In this document: piece after piece, positions 41,036 to 55,334 of the stretch
How the letters are laid out: every line of letters starts with the position of its first letter
Numbering within the stretch: the first letter of the stretch is position 1
Position numbers and translations under genes: made by a program
Assembly: GCA_013265495.1 (NCBI GenBank)
Contig: MU058669.1
Span: 976,234 to 1,040,233, forward strand
Direction of reading: 5' to 3'
Source: Vicugna vicugna
Taxonomy: Eukaryota
Length of the DNA: 64,000 bases
Notes under the pieces: model-generated
The model's database searches: none
The model's input: the letters and a program-made list of their open reading frames with translations, nothing else
Told to the model about the DNA's origin: nothing

Positions 41036-43149
41036 TTTCTTAGGGCACCTAGGAACTAGCACACCAGGGACTAGACGCCAGCACCCCTATCCTAGTCTCC
41101 CTGTCCATCATACCACATTGAAGAAAAATAAGATTCATCTTCTTCCAAGACTTTTCACATCTCAAAATGGGATACCCGCAGATGGGAGTTCCATAAAGTC
41201 CAAACAGATGAGCATCTAATGGAGGGGCTCCAGGCAGTGACTGGCCAGGGGAAAGCTCTTCTAATGCAGCTGGAATTGCGCCCTAGAGATGACACGGTAC
41301 CCACTCCTACAATCACTTGTGACCTATCCTGGTTCGTATCTTTGGCATACTGTCAGTTCGACTATCATGGAGCCAGAATAGCCTGAAATTTATTTATTTG
41401 GCTTTGGCCTTACACCACAAATCAAGGAGAATGATGTTGGCCAGGGATTTCAAATTCAAATGCCTCCTTGGGCCAAGCAGGGAGATGAATTAAGTGAGCC
41501 TCCAAGTTGGGGGGAAGGCAGTGAGGCCAGGGAGAACAGAGGCAATACGGCCTGTCAGGAGGTGGGAGCAAGGCCTCAGAGAAGGCTGATTGTTGCCGCA
41601 AGGAAATGTCGGCTCAGTGCGGCCAGGCCTTCTGATTTTTTTTTTTTTCCCAAGAGAAAGCAGAAACATGGATTGCGTGTGTGCGTGTGCGTTTTTGTTG
41701 TTGTTGTTTAATATTAATAATTTTAATATTAATTTATTGCATGGAGCAGAAAATAGAAGGCAGAAGGGAAATGCCTCTGGGCTTGATCTGGCCCACAGAC
41801 TGCCACTTCCAGTTCAGCAGAAGGCGAGAGACAAGGGTCCAACCACTGGCCCCAGTATCAATGCGGGGGACACATCTATTTTGTCTCTGGGCCTCTGTTT
41901 CCTCATCTGTAAAGTGACAAGACTACATTTGGTGAAGGCTACAGACTGTTCTGGCTCTGACACTGAGTGCATTTGATAGCAGAGGCTCACCAAGGGAGGA
42001 AAAGGATGAGGAAGCAGGTCTGAGGAGCCCCGTGCTCTCTGCCTCCCCTGTTACCAGGGAGGCGTTGGCAGGTCCCTTCCTCTCCCTGAGCTCCCATCTC
42101 CATCTGTAAAATGTGTGGGTTGTACCAAGGTCTCTTCTGGCTAGAATGTTTTGGGCTTCTCGTGTGAAACAATTCAAGGGTGGGGGAAGCCATCGAATTT
42201 ATGATCTGAGAACAGATCCCTGACAGCTAACAAATTGGGAAAAATGCAATCAGAGGGTGCCTCTGTGGCTTTTGAAAGGCTCCATTTTCAAAGATGTAGA
42301 AAAAAATAATAATGATAATATTTTTCATGCTTTTAGCACCATTCTTACAGAAGGCTCCCAAAATACTCCACAGACTGTGTGTGGCAAGAGCACCACCCCA
42401 AGGAATGTAATTACCCACCCTGGAGTTCTGCCAGGTTTGACAGCTTTTTCTTTCTGTTGTTTTTTTTTTTTTCCTTCTTTCAGTCTTCCCTCCCCTTCTC
42501 ACACAAATGACAGCATTTTCATAAGCCCTCAGCATTACTAGGTAATTAGGGAGCAGTGCAAGTTCTGGAAAACACCCTGGGGCAGGATCAATGCCTTAAA
42601 AAAAAAGGTCTATTCTAGGGGGAAGCTCCTGCACAGAACCACCGTTACTGTAGAAATTGGAGGCCCTGACTCTCCCTCCAAACCAGCAGTGCTTTCAGAA
42701 ATGCCACCCGGGCACTGCTGACAGGGGCGGGTGCCCAGAGCACAGAGCTTTCCGAGGCTCTCCTGAGAGGCTCTGCAGCTCACCCAGTCCTGGTTTACGG
42801 AGGAGAGAGATGGACTCTCAGAACATCCTCACTGGATGTGTGATTTTGGGTGAGTCATTTAACCCCTTTGTCTCAGCGTCTCATCTGGGACATGAGGATA
42901 AAAGAAGGCCTCTTGCATGGGGCTGGCATGAGGATTAATGGCATGTTGCGTGGGGGTGGGGGAGGGGGGCCGGCAAGGCTCCGAGCACACATCAGGACTC
43001 CGCTGACCATTATTGTGTGGAGGTGTGAACTGTGTCATTCTTGCCTCATGGCTGGAGCCCAGATTCATCCTGGCTTTGGGGGGGCCTTTCATGTAGTTCC
43101 AATTTGCTTCTGGAATCTTCTCCTAGAGTTCAGTTTGCCAGTCTTCTCT

Positions 43150-43976
43150 TAAGGCTGTGTCACTCCCCTGCATTCTCAAAACATCTGTCCATCATGAACA
43201 TACACACTTCTGATCCCCACCCCCAATCCGGCTTCTCCCCTTATTCCTCCCTAAATGGTACCTGTGTTCATCCAGTCAACAAGCTGAGCACTTCGAATCC
43301 AGCCCCTCAGCAAATTCTGTGAGCTTGACTTTTAAAATGCAGCCAGAATCCAATCACTTTACATGACCTCTCCACCCCAGATCATCCATCCCACTCTCAT
43401 CTCTCACGGGACCTGTGGCCATGGTGATCTTTACCAACTTTTATTTCCACTCCTTCTTGACCTGCCGCCTCCCCTGCCCACACCATGGCAACATCATTGG
43501 TTCCCTGAAACTGCTGTCACTCTCCAGCTCTAAAATACCCGGAGCTTCACGTCATGTGGCTGCTGGCTGCCTTTCCAACCCCTCGTCTCTTGCTCATGCT
43601 CCTCCAGGCACACTGGCTCTCTTGCTGTACTTTGAATACACTAAACACGATCTCGTCTCTGGACTGTGCCTTTGTTCTTCTTTCTGCCTAGAAAGCTCCT
43701 CCTCCAGAAATCTACATTGCTTCCTCTCGCGCTGAATTCAGGCTTCTGTCCAAAAGTCTCTTACTTACTTTACCTGAAATGGCAGCCCACCCCCACCATG
43801 ATTTTTATTTCCTTGCCCTATTTTATTTCTTTGTTTGCAGTATTTATCACTACCTAAATGCCTTATATATTTGTGTTCATCACTTGACCCATACTAGAAC
43901 ATACCTTGTTCACTCCAGTGCTTTGAAAGTGTCTAACCAAAGTGAAGTTCGCCGTAAACACTTATTGAAAGAATGA
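43150..43976 (+). mobile_element. L2 fragment
   Basis: ccagaatccaatcactt...cacactggctctcttgctgtactttgaatacac...ttctgcctagaaagctc...cacttattgaaagaatga. Confidence 0.7.
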
Positions 43977-44602
43977 GTGTATAGTCCTTATTCTCCCCTG
44001 AAATATCCTTACTTTTCTCTGTCACATTCTGACTTTTTTATGACTCAGTTCATTGCCCATTTTCCCCATGGTGCCCTCCCATTTTGGCCTCCCTGTTACT
44101 TGTTACTTATTACTTACTGGTTTTACTTGATAGTCAACTTAGCCCCTCCCACTTGATTTTCAGCCCCTTAGGGGACAAGAATCATGCCTGTAATATATTA
44201 AGAGATACTTTTTTGGAATATTTCTTATGTGCCAGGCAGAGTTCCAGGCTACACACACAACTCAGGTCATGTGATGTCCAAAGCAACTCTGTGAAGTAGC
44301 AACCTTTATTATTCCACTTAACAGATGGTGAATGGAGGGCTGGGGTGCTCAAGTTTCTTATCTAAGCTTATACAACTATTGAGAGGCAAGGCAGGGATTT
44401 CAACCTGGATGTGCCTGGTTCCCAAGGCTGGTTCTCCTAACCGTTATCCTATACTGTCTCAAGGGCCAAGCTCATCAATTTGGTTGATTTGTATTAGGCA
44501 GGACCTTGTACGAAACTTTCAGAAAGGTAAAGGGCTTTGCCTCAGAGCACACGGCTAGAGATGACCTAGCCCAGTGAATCCTCATAGTCCAAACCTCATC
44601 TT

Positions 44603-44960
44603 AAAAAAAAAAAAAAGACAAATTTATTTACAAAACAGAAACAGACTCACAGACATAGAAAACAAACTTATGGTTACTGCGGGGGATGTGGGTGGGAAGG
44701 GATAAATTGGGAGTTCGAGATTTGCAGATACTAATATATATAAAATAGATAAACAGCAAGTTCATACTGTATAGCACAGGGAACTATATTCAATAACTTA
44801 TCATAAAATATGGTGAAAAAGAATATGAAAACGAATACATGTATGTTCATGTATGACTGAAGCATTGTGCTGTGCACCAGAAATTAACACAACATTGTAA
44901 ACTGACTATACTTCAATTAAGAAATATATATACAAAAAAAAAAAAAAAGAAAAAGAAAAA
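44603..44960 (+). mobile_element. 5'-truncated L1 3' end with A-rich tail
   Basis: acaaaacagaaacagactcacagacatagaaaacaaacttatggtt...ctgtatagcacagggaactatattcaa...actatacttcaatt, then a poly-A tail. Confidence 0.88.
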
Positions 44961-46736
44961 ACCCATCCTGTAGAAGCTCTAGTATTACCTGAAAGGGCTC
45001 TAAGAAGCCATTGAGAAAGCATGTACAAGACTGGAACTTGCTGTAAAAAGTGAATGTGTCTTAAAAAACAGATGAAACTCTGTTTCTCTTCCTGCATCTG
45101 GTAGCCTTCCTTGAGGCCAACCAGTGATGATGTTGCTTACTGTGGTCCCCACCCACCCTTTGGCCAAAGGGAGAAGATTTTAATCAATTTTTAGGAGACT
45201 CAAAGCATAAGTGATTCTAACTGACTGTCATACTCCTAGTGTTAAATTTTGTTGCTTGCCTAACCTCTAGCCTCTCCTTTATTACTCCAAGAAAGACAAA
45301 ATCATGCAGAAGGGGGAAAATAAAAAAAGAGGCTAAGAGCGGGGCATCTCCTTTGTGGAAAGGAAGCAGATGAAACATTAGGGTTGGAAGGAAACTCTGA
45401 GATCATGGAGTCTAACCCCTTCATCTTATAAATGAGCCAGGGTCACCTACCCTAGATCACCCAGTAGAGAGAGGCGATCAGGGAGGGACTTGAAACCCAA
45501 GTTGACTGATTGTTGAGTATTGTGTGTGTCCTGTCACAGTGAGACCTGACGTTCAGGCTCGTTTAAAGGTGTTCAAGTAACGGCTACAAAGACTACAGCT
45601 CACGGAAACACAAGAGAAGGGGCCTATGTTAGATTCATCTTTTAGGAAAGGCAGATGGAGTCGCTGGAGGAGGTGATCTGCCCACTAGCCCATAGTTCAT
45701 GTGGTAGTGTTTCCACTAAAGGTTGCTGAGATGGCACACCTTCAGCGTACAGACAAGGAAGGTCTCACAGTTAGCCTGCATATTACCTGACAGGTGATGG
45801 TGGACAGACTCTTATGTGAGAATAAACCCAGGCAAGAGTTCGTATGAACTTATCCAATGTCCTTAATGCAATCCCCTAAAGAAGACTTAACTCTCCCCTC
45901 CTCTCCTCCTCGCTTTGTATTTATCCCTCTCCTTCTCTGTGTATGCCTTCTGTGGGCCTCTCGGATAAAGCATTCCATGACCTCCTCATGTCTGTTTCCA
46001 CCCTCCTGCCATCCCATGTGATTGCTGGGTTAGATTCACATCCTCACTGACCCAATTCAATACCACCTACTCTGAGCTGATCAACTGCTCCACCACCATT
46101 TCCATTCCTTAAGCCAAGTAGAAAGAGCATCTTGGCTCTCAAAGAATAGAACAGAGGGCAGGCGTGGCACATGGAAATCAGCCTCCTTGGGGAAAGTGAG
46201 GATGGTGACATGATGATGTCATTAATAGCAGCTCCCACTTGACATCGTATATGGCACACTGAGTTAAGTACTTAATGCATATTACACCAGTCAACCCTTA
46301 CAACAACCCTACAGCGTTGTGGTAAGACGCACTTTACAGGTGAGACTCGCCTTGGTCTGCTGGCCTTCAAAGCCTTTGTCATTCACTCAGCTCCATGTGT
46401 GCCCCCAGCAAACCCTTGGGAAAAGGTGTTAGTAGGTCTCCTTTATTTAACAAGTGCTAAGACTAACTCAGGAAATTAAAGCACTAACCTAAGGACAGAC
46501 ATCTAGAAAGAGGTAGACCCAGGTCTCAAGCCAGATCACTTCCCCTCTACTTAACATTGCCAGTTTCTGCTTCCCATGATGCTCTTCACTCATTGAGGGT
46601 CAAAAATCCCCTCTCCCCCTTTTTCCCTACCCTTAAAATCATGCAAAAAGGCAATGATTCCTGCTTCTAATTTTTGAGATAAAGCTCTTGGGCAGGTCCA
46701 GTGATGCCATGAACTTCATGGACTATAGATCGCATC

Positions 46737-46897
46737 TATTTATTTATTTTATTGAAGTATAGTCAATTACAATGTGTCAGTTTCTGGTGTACAGCACAAT
46801 GTCCCAGCCATGCATATATATACATGTATTCATTTTCATATTTTTTTCATTAAAGGTTATTACAAGATACTGAATATAGTTCCCTGTGCTATGCAGA
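46737..46897 (-). mobile_element. Short L1 3' end, same subfamily as 63023-63746
   Basis: Shares ttattgaagta.agtca.ttacaatgtgtca.tttctggt.ta.agca.aatgtcccag.catgcatata...aaaggttattacaagata with the 63 kb copy. Confidence 0.85.
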
Positions 46898-49124
46898 CAC
46901 ATTTAAAATGATATGGTTTTTAAAGGAAATTAAACTTGATTCTACAATACTGTCTTCTATTACTTTCATAGCAAAAGCATAGTATTTCAGCTACAATATG
47001 TCAACCTGACTTTGGTGGATTTACCTGGGAAACTAACCACTATTTTCCATTTATAAAATTTTCCATGAAAAAACTAACCATGATCTGTGTATAACACTCC
47101 ATGAAGTTAAACCAACAGTAAGACTTCAATTCATTGGAAACTATTTAGGCCATAAGACTTCTATCGATGAGAGGGGTCTCTAGGGTCTCCTTCCTAACAC
47201 TGGAAGGTACGACAGTTGGTGAGAACAAAGGGGCACTCTGACTCCATAGGGGTGGAATAGGTAAGAAGGAGTTCCACCAGGGCAAACGGTGTCTGTAAGC
47301 ACCTAGCAATACCTGTCCTCACTCAGTGCCAAACGCAAGTGCCTGGCTTTGCCCTGGAAGCTACATGTGAGGATGTACTTCTCCAATCTCAACTTGCCGG
47401 GGCCAGACCAAGAAACACCGTGATGGACTGACCCCTGCCAGCAACACCGCCTAGTCTCCCAGCCCGCACAGGTTCCCACGGCCAGGCCAGGGGTACTCCT
47501 AGAGGGATGGGCCCCCGGTCTGTCTGCCTGTCACCACCACAGGGCCGCCCTGGGATAGGAACAGTCCTGGGGTATCAGGATGTCCCACTACAGGGCGGAA
47601 GTGAGGCATAAGAACAGGCAGAGCTGGGGACGCAGTGTCTGAAGGGCAGCCCTAGAGATTTCTGTACTGCCTCTGACCCTGGGTTTCTGCAAAAGCCCTT
47701 GGCAGGACAGGCACCTTGAGAGGCAGAAGCAGTTAAGATCTGTGGTCTAGCGTGTAGGTTCACCTGGATGTCAGACACTCAGGCGTTTGCCTCAAATCTC
47801 CCCAGTGTGGCCCAGGAAACTGTCTACCTCCATCACAGGTGTGCTTTCTCTCCCACGCTTGCTGAGCTGTGGCTATTGGTGAGTCTATGGTAATTGAGCA
47901 GGGTGCTGCAAGCCAAGGCTGGGAAGCCGTGGAGGGAGAATGGACATAGAACACAGTTAACTTTCCCTCCAAACCATTTCACAGTAAACTGGCAGGGGAT
48001 CCTTCTGCCACAGAGCACTCCCTCCTTCTGTGGGCCCCCAGCTCCTGACCCCACCTTGCCCACAACAGAAATAGCCTCATTTGCACCCTGGAAACCTGAC
48101 CAGTCCCTCCTGATTTGGCATCCCTGCACCGGCCTCCCGCAGGTCTCTTCTCGGATTCAGCCTCAGCCTCTCAAAACTCTGAAGCCAACTCTCCCAGGGG
48201 AAGTCCAAGTGGCAGCTAGGTGCTATGACTTCACCACAGGAAGCAGAAAGGCTTGGCCCAGGATTAGGCTCTGAAAATGAGAGCCTCAAGGGGACGGCTG
48301 GGGAAGTGCAGTCACCACCCAGGCACTGAGCAGCCAGAGGAAGAGCGATGCCTCCTTCCTTTCTGCCTTCAAAGACAGAGATGACAAGGAGACTAAGGCA
48401 AGCAGGTTGTTCAGGAGGGCGCGCTCATCTGGGCTCCACACCGGGCAGAGCCAGGGTCAGAGGCCTGAACTGTTTCCACCTCAGAACCCCAGGAGAATGT
48501 TCTGCCCCAGGGGTGGGGCACTCCTGCTCCAGTTCCCACATATTCCACTTGGATGTCCACCAAGGAGTGGCAGGGGCAGAAGCAGAAGGAAAAATCCAGA
48601 GCCGCAGCCTGGGCACGGGCCTCCAGGATGTCTGCCAGGTGTGAGGAGACAGGACGGCAGCTCCGGGTCCTTGGTCCTGTGCTCATGACCTGCAGGGAGA
48701 CGGCTTCCCGGGATGGAGAAGGAGCGATGCTGCAGAGCCGCACGGTGTCCTTGACTCTTCCTCACTCAGAGATTCAGGGGTAAAATTATAGCACTTTCTG
48801 GCCTCTACCCCAAGTACAGTTCTGCACAGTCTTTTCAGGGAGAGCTAGAAGCAATCCCTGAACAGAAAGCCGGAACCAGAAGAAGCAGATACGACAGGGG
48901 CAGGGGCTTTGAAATAAAAAATAGGGAGGTCCCAGGAGGAATGGGCGGCCTCCTGATTTCCACTGGGGCATCTGGGGTAGCAGTAGTGAGTGTAACCGGA
49001 CTTATTTCTCAAGGACCCTTTGATCACTATGAAGATGGCCCAGAATTCAGCCTAAAACAGTAGGTATGAAAGCCAAGCTTGCCAAAAGGTAACCCAAGTG
49101 ATTATTAACTGCACATTCGCCCCA

Positions 49125-49340
49125 ATGGTATTTAGAACATGAGCTCTGTGCTCAGAAAGCCTGGGTTTGTGGCTAGTGCCAAGGCTTATTAGCATGAGAC
49201 CTTAGTCAATGTAATTTAGCTTCCTGAGCCTCCATTTTCCTATCCGTAAAATGGGGATAATAATACCTAAGAGAGGTGGTGTGAGGATTAAATGAGATGC
49301 TGCATGCATAGTACCTGGCACAATGCTTCATAAACTGTTG
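49125..49340 (+). mobile_element. MIR SINE
   Basis: tcagaaagcctgggttt...ctgagcctccattttcctatccgtaaaatggggataataatacct...gtgaggattaaatgagat...tacctggcaca. Confidence 0.8.
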
Positions 49341-49869
49341 ACCTTCAATTTGTGTTCATGGTTAGCTATGATTTCTTGGCATCTTATTCGGGCCAGCACT
49401 GAGATGGATGCATTGTTGAGAAAGGTCATTTCTAGCCTGTTTTCTCTATTGTAATAGTAATAATCTCATAGTAAATATTCAGGTGTTAGCAATTATTATC
49501 AATGCCTCAAATCCTCATAGCCTCTTCCTTCTCCTGACCTTACACTCTCCATTCTTGCCTCTTACTGTGTTTCACCATCCACTTCCATGCGAGTTTCTGA
49601 GAAGGAAATATTTAAGCTGCTCTCCCTTTCCCAGGGTGTACCATCTCCACTTGCAGTAAATAGCTTTGTTTTTCTGAGCTTGAATTCTTGCCTCGACTCT
49701 AACCTAGCTTTTAGCCAATGTAGAGCTCAGCCTCCAGGAATTCAATCCCAGCTTTGGTACTGATCACAAGGTGGGGATTCAAGGAGTGACCAGCAGTTCC
49801 TTATAGCTTGAAACTCAGATGCGTGCCTATGGGGGTGTTAGACCTGTGGGTGAGGGTTACGGTTTAGAG

Positions 49870-50109
49870 CAGTGGTTCACTGGTCGGGAGCCAGGGTAGT
49901 GGAGGATCTGGGAGGGCTTTGCCCCCTGGGGAGCATTTGGCAATGTCTAGAGACATTCCTGATTATCACTGCTTGGGGAGAGGGCTTGCTGCTGGCACCC
50001 AGGGGTAGAAAACAAGGATGCTGTTCAACATTCTGTAATGCACAGAACAGCTTCCCACAAAGAATTATCTGGCCCAAAATGTCAATAGTGCTGAGGCTGA
50101 GAGCCTCTG
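49870..50109 (+). mobile_element. MER20 with 8-bp TSD
   Basis: cagtggttc...tttgccccctggggagcatttggcaatgtctagagaca...gtcaatagtgctgaggctgaga. Flanks are gtttagag / gtctagag. Confidence 0.88.
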
Positions 50110-51049
50110 GTCTAGAGGGAGATGCTCTGAAAAGACAGGCTGAGGACAGATTATTGAAGACCAGTCTAAATGGGGTGATTGAAGGCTTTTGAGCAGGAAA
50201 GGTGACATATTCCATGCTGTGCTTTAGAGAGATATCCAGGAGACCTAAGCAGGAGCCCATTAGGAAGTCATTGCAATTAGAATTAACTAGGTGAGTTCCA
50301 GAATTAGGCCCCAGAGGAGAATGTATAAAGGAAGTGTTAAGTGAGAATTTAGTCTTTATACAACTGCTCTACCACTCATTGCTTCTTATTCCCCCAAATC
50401 TGTATTTGTATTGTGATTAGATAAATACCATCAATTCCTAAACCAAGTAGGATGTTATGAATACACCTTCTTACATGTACAGTTTTTTTATTTTTCAAGT
50501 TTAATAAATTTCTTGCTTTTCTCTTTATTTAATTACATTGTGGAGGAAAAAATATAAAACAACTTCAGGCTAGCAGTTATGTTAGGGAGGGGTAAGGGAA
50601 TCAGATGGCATAGGGTTGTTTCAGCAATACTTGTAATATTTTTGGAGGAAAAAAGCTTGACTGTGGTACAGCAGAAATGTTTATTGCAATATTTTCTGAA
50701 TTTTATGTGGTTGAGATGTTTCATATTAATTTTTTTATACAAAGAAAGGAGCTGTTATATTAGACTTTAACAAGGTAGAATTAGCAAACATTTTCAGTTA
50801 CTGAATGTAAAGTTAGAAAAAGAAAAGTGAAAAATTATATGTTAGTGTTTAGAGCCAAATACATTAGAAGTATGGGAATGATAACCAAGGCAAGAATTGT
50901 AGAAAGTAGAAAAGGCTGTGAGTGTGTGTGGGTGTGTGCATGTGTGTGCATGTTGTGTGGGGGGGGGTGGGCCAAGAAAGATGAGTAAGCCTTTAGATAT
51001 GCTAAGCTCGGTTTCTTGCAGTACCTCCTTGTGGAGATTTGGCCACAAT

Positions 51050-51460
51050 CAAGCTAGATCAGGAATTCAGGATGAAAAGTCAGGGTGAACCTTGGGGTCT
51101 GAGTAGCACCTACTTGGGGAGGGGTGGAGCTGTAGGAGCTGCCAGGGTTTCCAGGAGAGGATGTAGCCCGAAGAGAGACAAAGTCTACAGATGAAACCTT
51201 GGAAACTACCAATATTCTCGGAGCTAAGGGAGAAAAGGAAATGTTAAAGGAAGCTAGGGAGAGATTCCAGGAGCTAGAAGAGTATAAGACTATTATGTTG
51301 TCATGGAAACCAAGGAAGAGAGGATTTCTGAGAAGGAAAAGGTGGACAATGGTGTTAAAGGTTGTGGAGAAGGAAGAGGGTTGGGCTGAGGGGGAGTCAC
51401 TGGATTTGATGACAAGGAGTGCAATGAGAAGTCTTCTGAAAGCGATTTCAGTAGAGCAAG
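51050..51460 (-). mobile_element. L2 fragment
   Basis: ccttggaaactaccaatatt...tgttgtcatggaaaccaaggaagagagg...cactggatttgatgacaagg. Confidence 0.6.
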
Positions 51461-52509
51461 AGACTCTCATTTATTCCTTCAAATCTATCTACTGAGTACA
51501 TACTATGTCATGATGCGTATGAGTATCTGAGGAAATGAGCTAAAAACAGGGTTCCCTGCCCTCCAGGAGCTCACAGTCTGGTGCTTAAATGCACAAACCA
51601 ATAACATGTAATGTGGAACTCATCATTTGTCCAATAGAAGCATGCACGGGATGTGATGGGATCACATCAGCAAAGACTTCCTAGAGGAGGTGACAACCAA
51701 ACTGAATTTTAAAGGATGAAGGATGAATAGGAGTCAGCCATTTGAATCGAGGATGACGGTTGGTAAAAAGGGGACAATTTTCCGGATAGAACGTTCAGCC
51801 TGAGCAGTCATAGTGCCAAGAGAAATCATGGTGAGTCTTCAAGGAGCCAGAGTATTCAGAATGGTTGTAGCAGCAAAGGATGAGCCCCGGTGAGCCGTGC
51901 AGGGACCAGACCAGGAAGGTACAATGTAGCATGTGGACTTGATCCTGAAATTGAGCAGGGACATCTAGAGTGACCTTTAAAGGACTGCCCCCAACCTATT
52001 CAAGTTTACATTTGAACACGGTTGCTTAGGGCAGCCCCCCCCATAGCTTCAAATCATGGTCTCCAGTATTTAGCAAATATTCAGAAATATTTGTTGAATT
52101 AATGACAATATGTAAAATCAATGAATCTCAATCATTCATTCAAGAAAGTGAACTTATGAAATAGCAGTGTAGAGCCAGAACAGGGAGCAAGTAGGATAGT
52201 GAGAATTTTTGTCTATTTCCCCTATTTCAAAAAATAGCCACATTTCAAGTTTACATGAATACATACTCCTCATAGCAAATGTTACCCCACAAGTCTAAGG
52301 AAGTTCAAGTTACCTAAAAGCTTTCCCCCCGAGACCACCACCATCAATGCTTCTGTGACCATTTTGTTTCTGCATCACTTTATACGTCGTCGTGGATATC
52401 CACACATCTACATTTGTGTGAATGAGATCAAAACTTGTGTGTTGTACCATGGATACACTTTGCTTCGCTTTCCTTGGAGTGGAATGGGGAAATACTGAAC
52501 ACGTTCATC

Positions 52510-53170
52510 AACTGACATGAGTGTCAAATGGAGGAGGACAAATGAAAGCTTTAAGACAACAGACATGGAGACATACTCAGCAAAATCTAGAACATGGAAA
52601 TGTCTTTAGAACAAATTACCAGTTTCTTCAATGACTACATTTCAAGGGAAGCAAAAAAGATGGAAATAAAAACCTATAGCTCACATAGCAACAAAATACA
52701 ACATTTGGACCTCGTTGGGGTAGTGAATTAAATAAACAACGAAAAAGAATTTTAGAATCACATGGATATTTGAACTCTGATAGGATATTTGTGTATAGAT
52801 AGATAGATAAACTACTGTTGATATTTTATATGTGATAATGGTGTTGTGGTATTTTGATAGGAGTCCTTTATAAGTGTACTGAAATGTACTGTATATGGAT
52901 GAAATAATTGTATCTGGGATTTGCTTCAAAATAATCCAGTAAGGGTGTGTTTTTGGGGTGTGCTGATGAGACAAAAATCAACCATGAATCATGATTGTTG
53001 TAATTAGATGATAGGTAGATGGAGGTTCATTGAACTGTTCTCCCTACATTTGTTTATGTTAAATTTTTTCATCATAAAAGTTAAAGAAAAAAGAAAAAAA
53101 AGAGAAAAGAAAGGAAAAAGAATGAAGAGAAAAAAGAGTCTCAGCAGGAAAAACAGAGATAAAGAGAGAG
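52510..53170 (+). mobile_element. Old L1 (L1MC/MD/ME-like) 3' end with A/G-rich tail
   Basis: tgtatctgggatttgcttcaaaataatccag...tgtttatgttaaattttttcatcataaaagtt, followed by a purine/A-rich tract. Confidence 0.65.
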
Positions 53171-53747
53171 AGTCCTTGACTGTGGGACTGACGAGGAGAT
53201 GTGCAGTGGGTTTCCGCTTCAGAGAATGGGGATAAAACCTCCTCGGAGACAGGACAGAGGCTGGACTCTGGGAACTGGAGACAGAGGAGAAGTGGAGGGA
53301 TCTGGTCTCTCCTGGCTCAGCTGAAGGCTAGGAAGTTCTGTCTGGGAGCTTAAGCAGAGCGGGCTCAGAGGACCCACTGTAGGGTAAGCAATTAGGCTAC
53401 CAATTAGGGCCTGGAGGAGAGGGTTGTGGAACAGCACCGGGGGCACCTGCTGAGAGGAGGGAGCCTGGATTAGACATCGATCTGTGCAGTGCGGTTCGGA
53501 CTTGAGCACCAAGCCCTAAAGTCAGCAAAGGAAAGTAGAGAAAATAGATTTTCCCAATCTTGTTTATCCTGATGGCTTTCTCCCTTTCCTCAGTGTCCCA
53601 GGATTTAGTCTTAACTGTGCAATTTATTACTAGCGTCTACACTGCTTGTCAAGAAATAGCTGCAGTTCACTGAATCTGTACCAGGCATTGTGCTAAGTGC
53701 ATTTTGGCCTTAACTCTGAATCCTCACAGTCACATGAGGGTATCACC

Positions 53748-54400
53748 TTCATTCATTCAAGAATAAACTGAAGACCTACTGTGCGCCAGGCCTTGGGTAT
53801 ATTGAGTGTGCTGCCGTAAATAAGACAATTATGAATTTCTGGCTTCATAGAGCTTGCCAACTAAAGGGTGTAGCAGATTAAAAAATGAAGAACAGAAAAG
53901 TGTGTATTTAATGATATTTGTGATAATTGCTGCAAAAGTAAAATAGAAAGTTCTAGGAGAATGCACAACAAGGAAACGTAAGCTCAGAGACTATTCCCTT
54001 GTGAAAATAACATTGAAACAGAGACTTGAAACATAAAGAGTGGTGAGCTGGTGTGTAGAGGCTGAGGGGAATGAAGGGCATTCTAGACAGAGAAGGGGAA
54101 AGACCAGATGTCTCAAAAGCCCTGAGGCAAGACTGATGAGTGTCGGGGCCAGTTGAGACACTATTTGTAGTCTTATTTAGGCTGTGGGACTTCAGTCCAA
54201 GGGCAAGGGAAGGCCGAGGAGAAAAGTAACATTATCATATTTATGGTGGACAGTAATCCAAGAGAGAGGGGAAAGAGCGGGCGGAGTCTAAAGATATTCA
54301 GGATGCAAATTCAACCAATAGGAATTGGTGTTTGCAAATTGAGGGTGTAAGAAAAAGAGAGAGGAGTGTTGAGAATGATGCCCAAGTCTGGCGTGAGAGA
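53748..54400 (-). mobile_element. L2 fragment
   Basis: ttcattcattcaagaataaactgaagacctactgtgcgccaggc...gggcattctagacaga...aaaagccctgaggca. Confidence 0.6.
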
Positions 54401-55334
54401 CAAGAGGGTCAAGCAGTAACATCTCAGGTTGAAGGTCGTGCAGGTAGCTCGTCAGTGAGAGTGGAGATTGGGAAGCCCAGAATGGTAAGCAGTTTACATT
54501 TACTGGCCATCAGTGAACACTTGTGGAATGCTTACGGAAACAGCACGCCGCAGTTTTCACTGAACCTTATTTTTTCTTCGAGGAAATAATAACAGCCAAG
54601 GTCTTTTGAGGTGATCAATTTGAGACTCAGAAGTGACAGCATGCTGTGTTGAATGGATGGCACTCACTTGTTTTTCCCTGTTGAGATGGGCCTGCGGCAA
54701 ATGAGTCATGGTTCATTTGAAGACAACCACTTCCACGCACGGGGAAGAGGCGGCCTGGCGTGGTGATGTGGCTGGAGTTCAAGAACCCCAGTTTGAATCC
54801 TGACTCTTCTGTCAATCAGCTTATCTGCCAAGATAAGATACAGGGTGTGGAGAGGAACCAAAGATTTAGCTACGTAAAAAGCTAATGAAGAGCCAAGGCT
54901 CAAGTGAGGGTGGCCTGGATTTTGAAGTTGGTCAGCGCAGACAGCCAACTGAAGAGACAAACCAGGGATAAACATTCAGCTGAATTTTCAGTCTGCCTTA
55001 CTATAAGCCACAAACCGAAAAGACTGGAAATTTCTAGAGTGTTAAATCCATGCTACAGATTACTCTCTTGTTACTTCAGCCCTCATGTTCTGCTGCCTCA
55101 TGGGCTGAAAGGGACACAGGAGACCATCCAGTCCACGCCACTCATTCTACAGACAAGGAAATACACATCTGCAGAGTGGAGGCGATTTGCCCAAGGACAC
55201 ATAGCAAGTCAACAACGGAACAGGAACTAAATTCCTAGTGTCCGAGACTCGTCAGGCAGTGTTCTTTCTGTTAGGACAACGTATCCTTTCTGGTATACAG
55301 TCTGCCTGGTGCACCCAAAGTAATAGTAATGTTC

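Noticed and set aside
51199..51495. 98-aa Lys/Glu-rich ORF
   Set aside because: It lies antisense within an L2 fragment, and purine bias explains the open frame.
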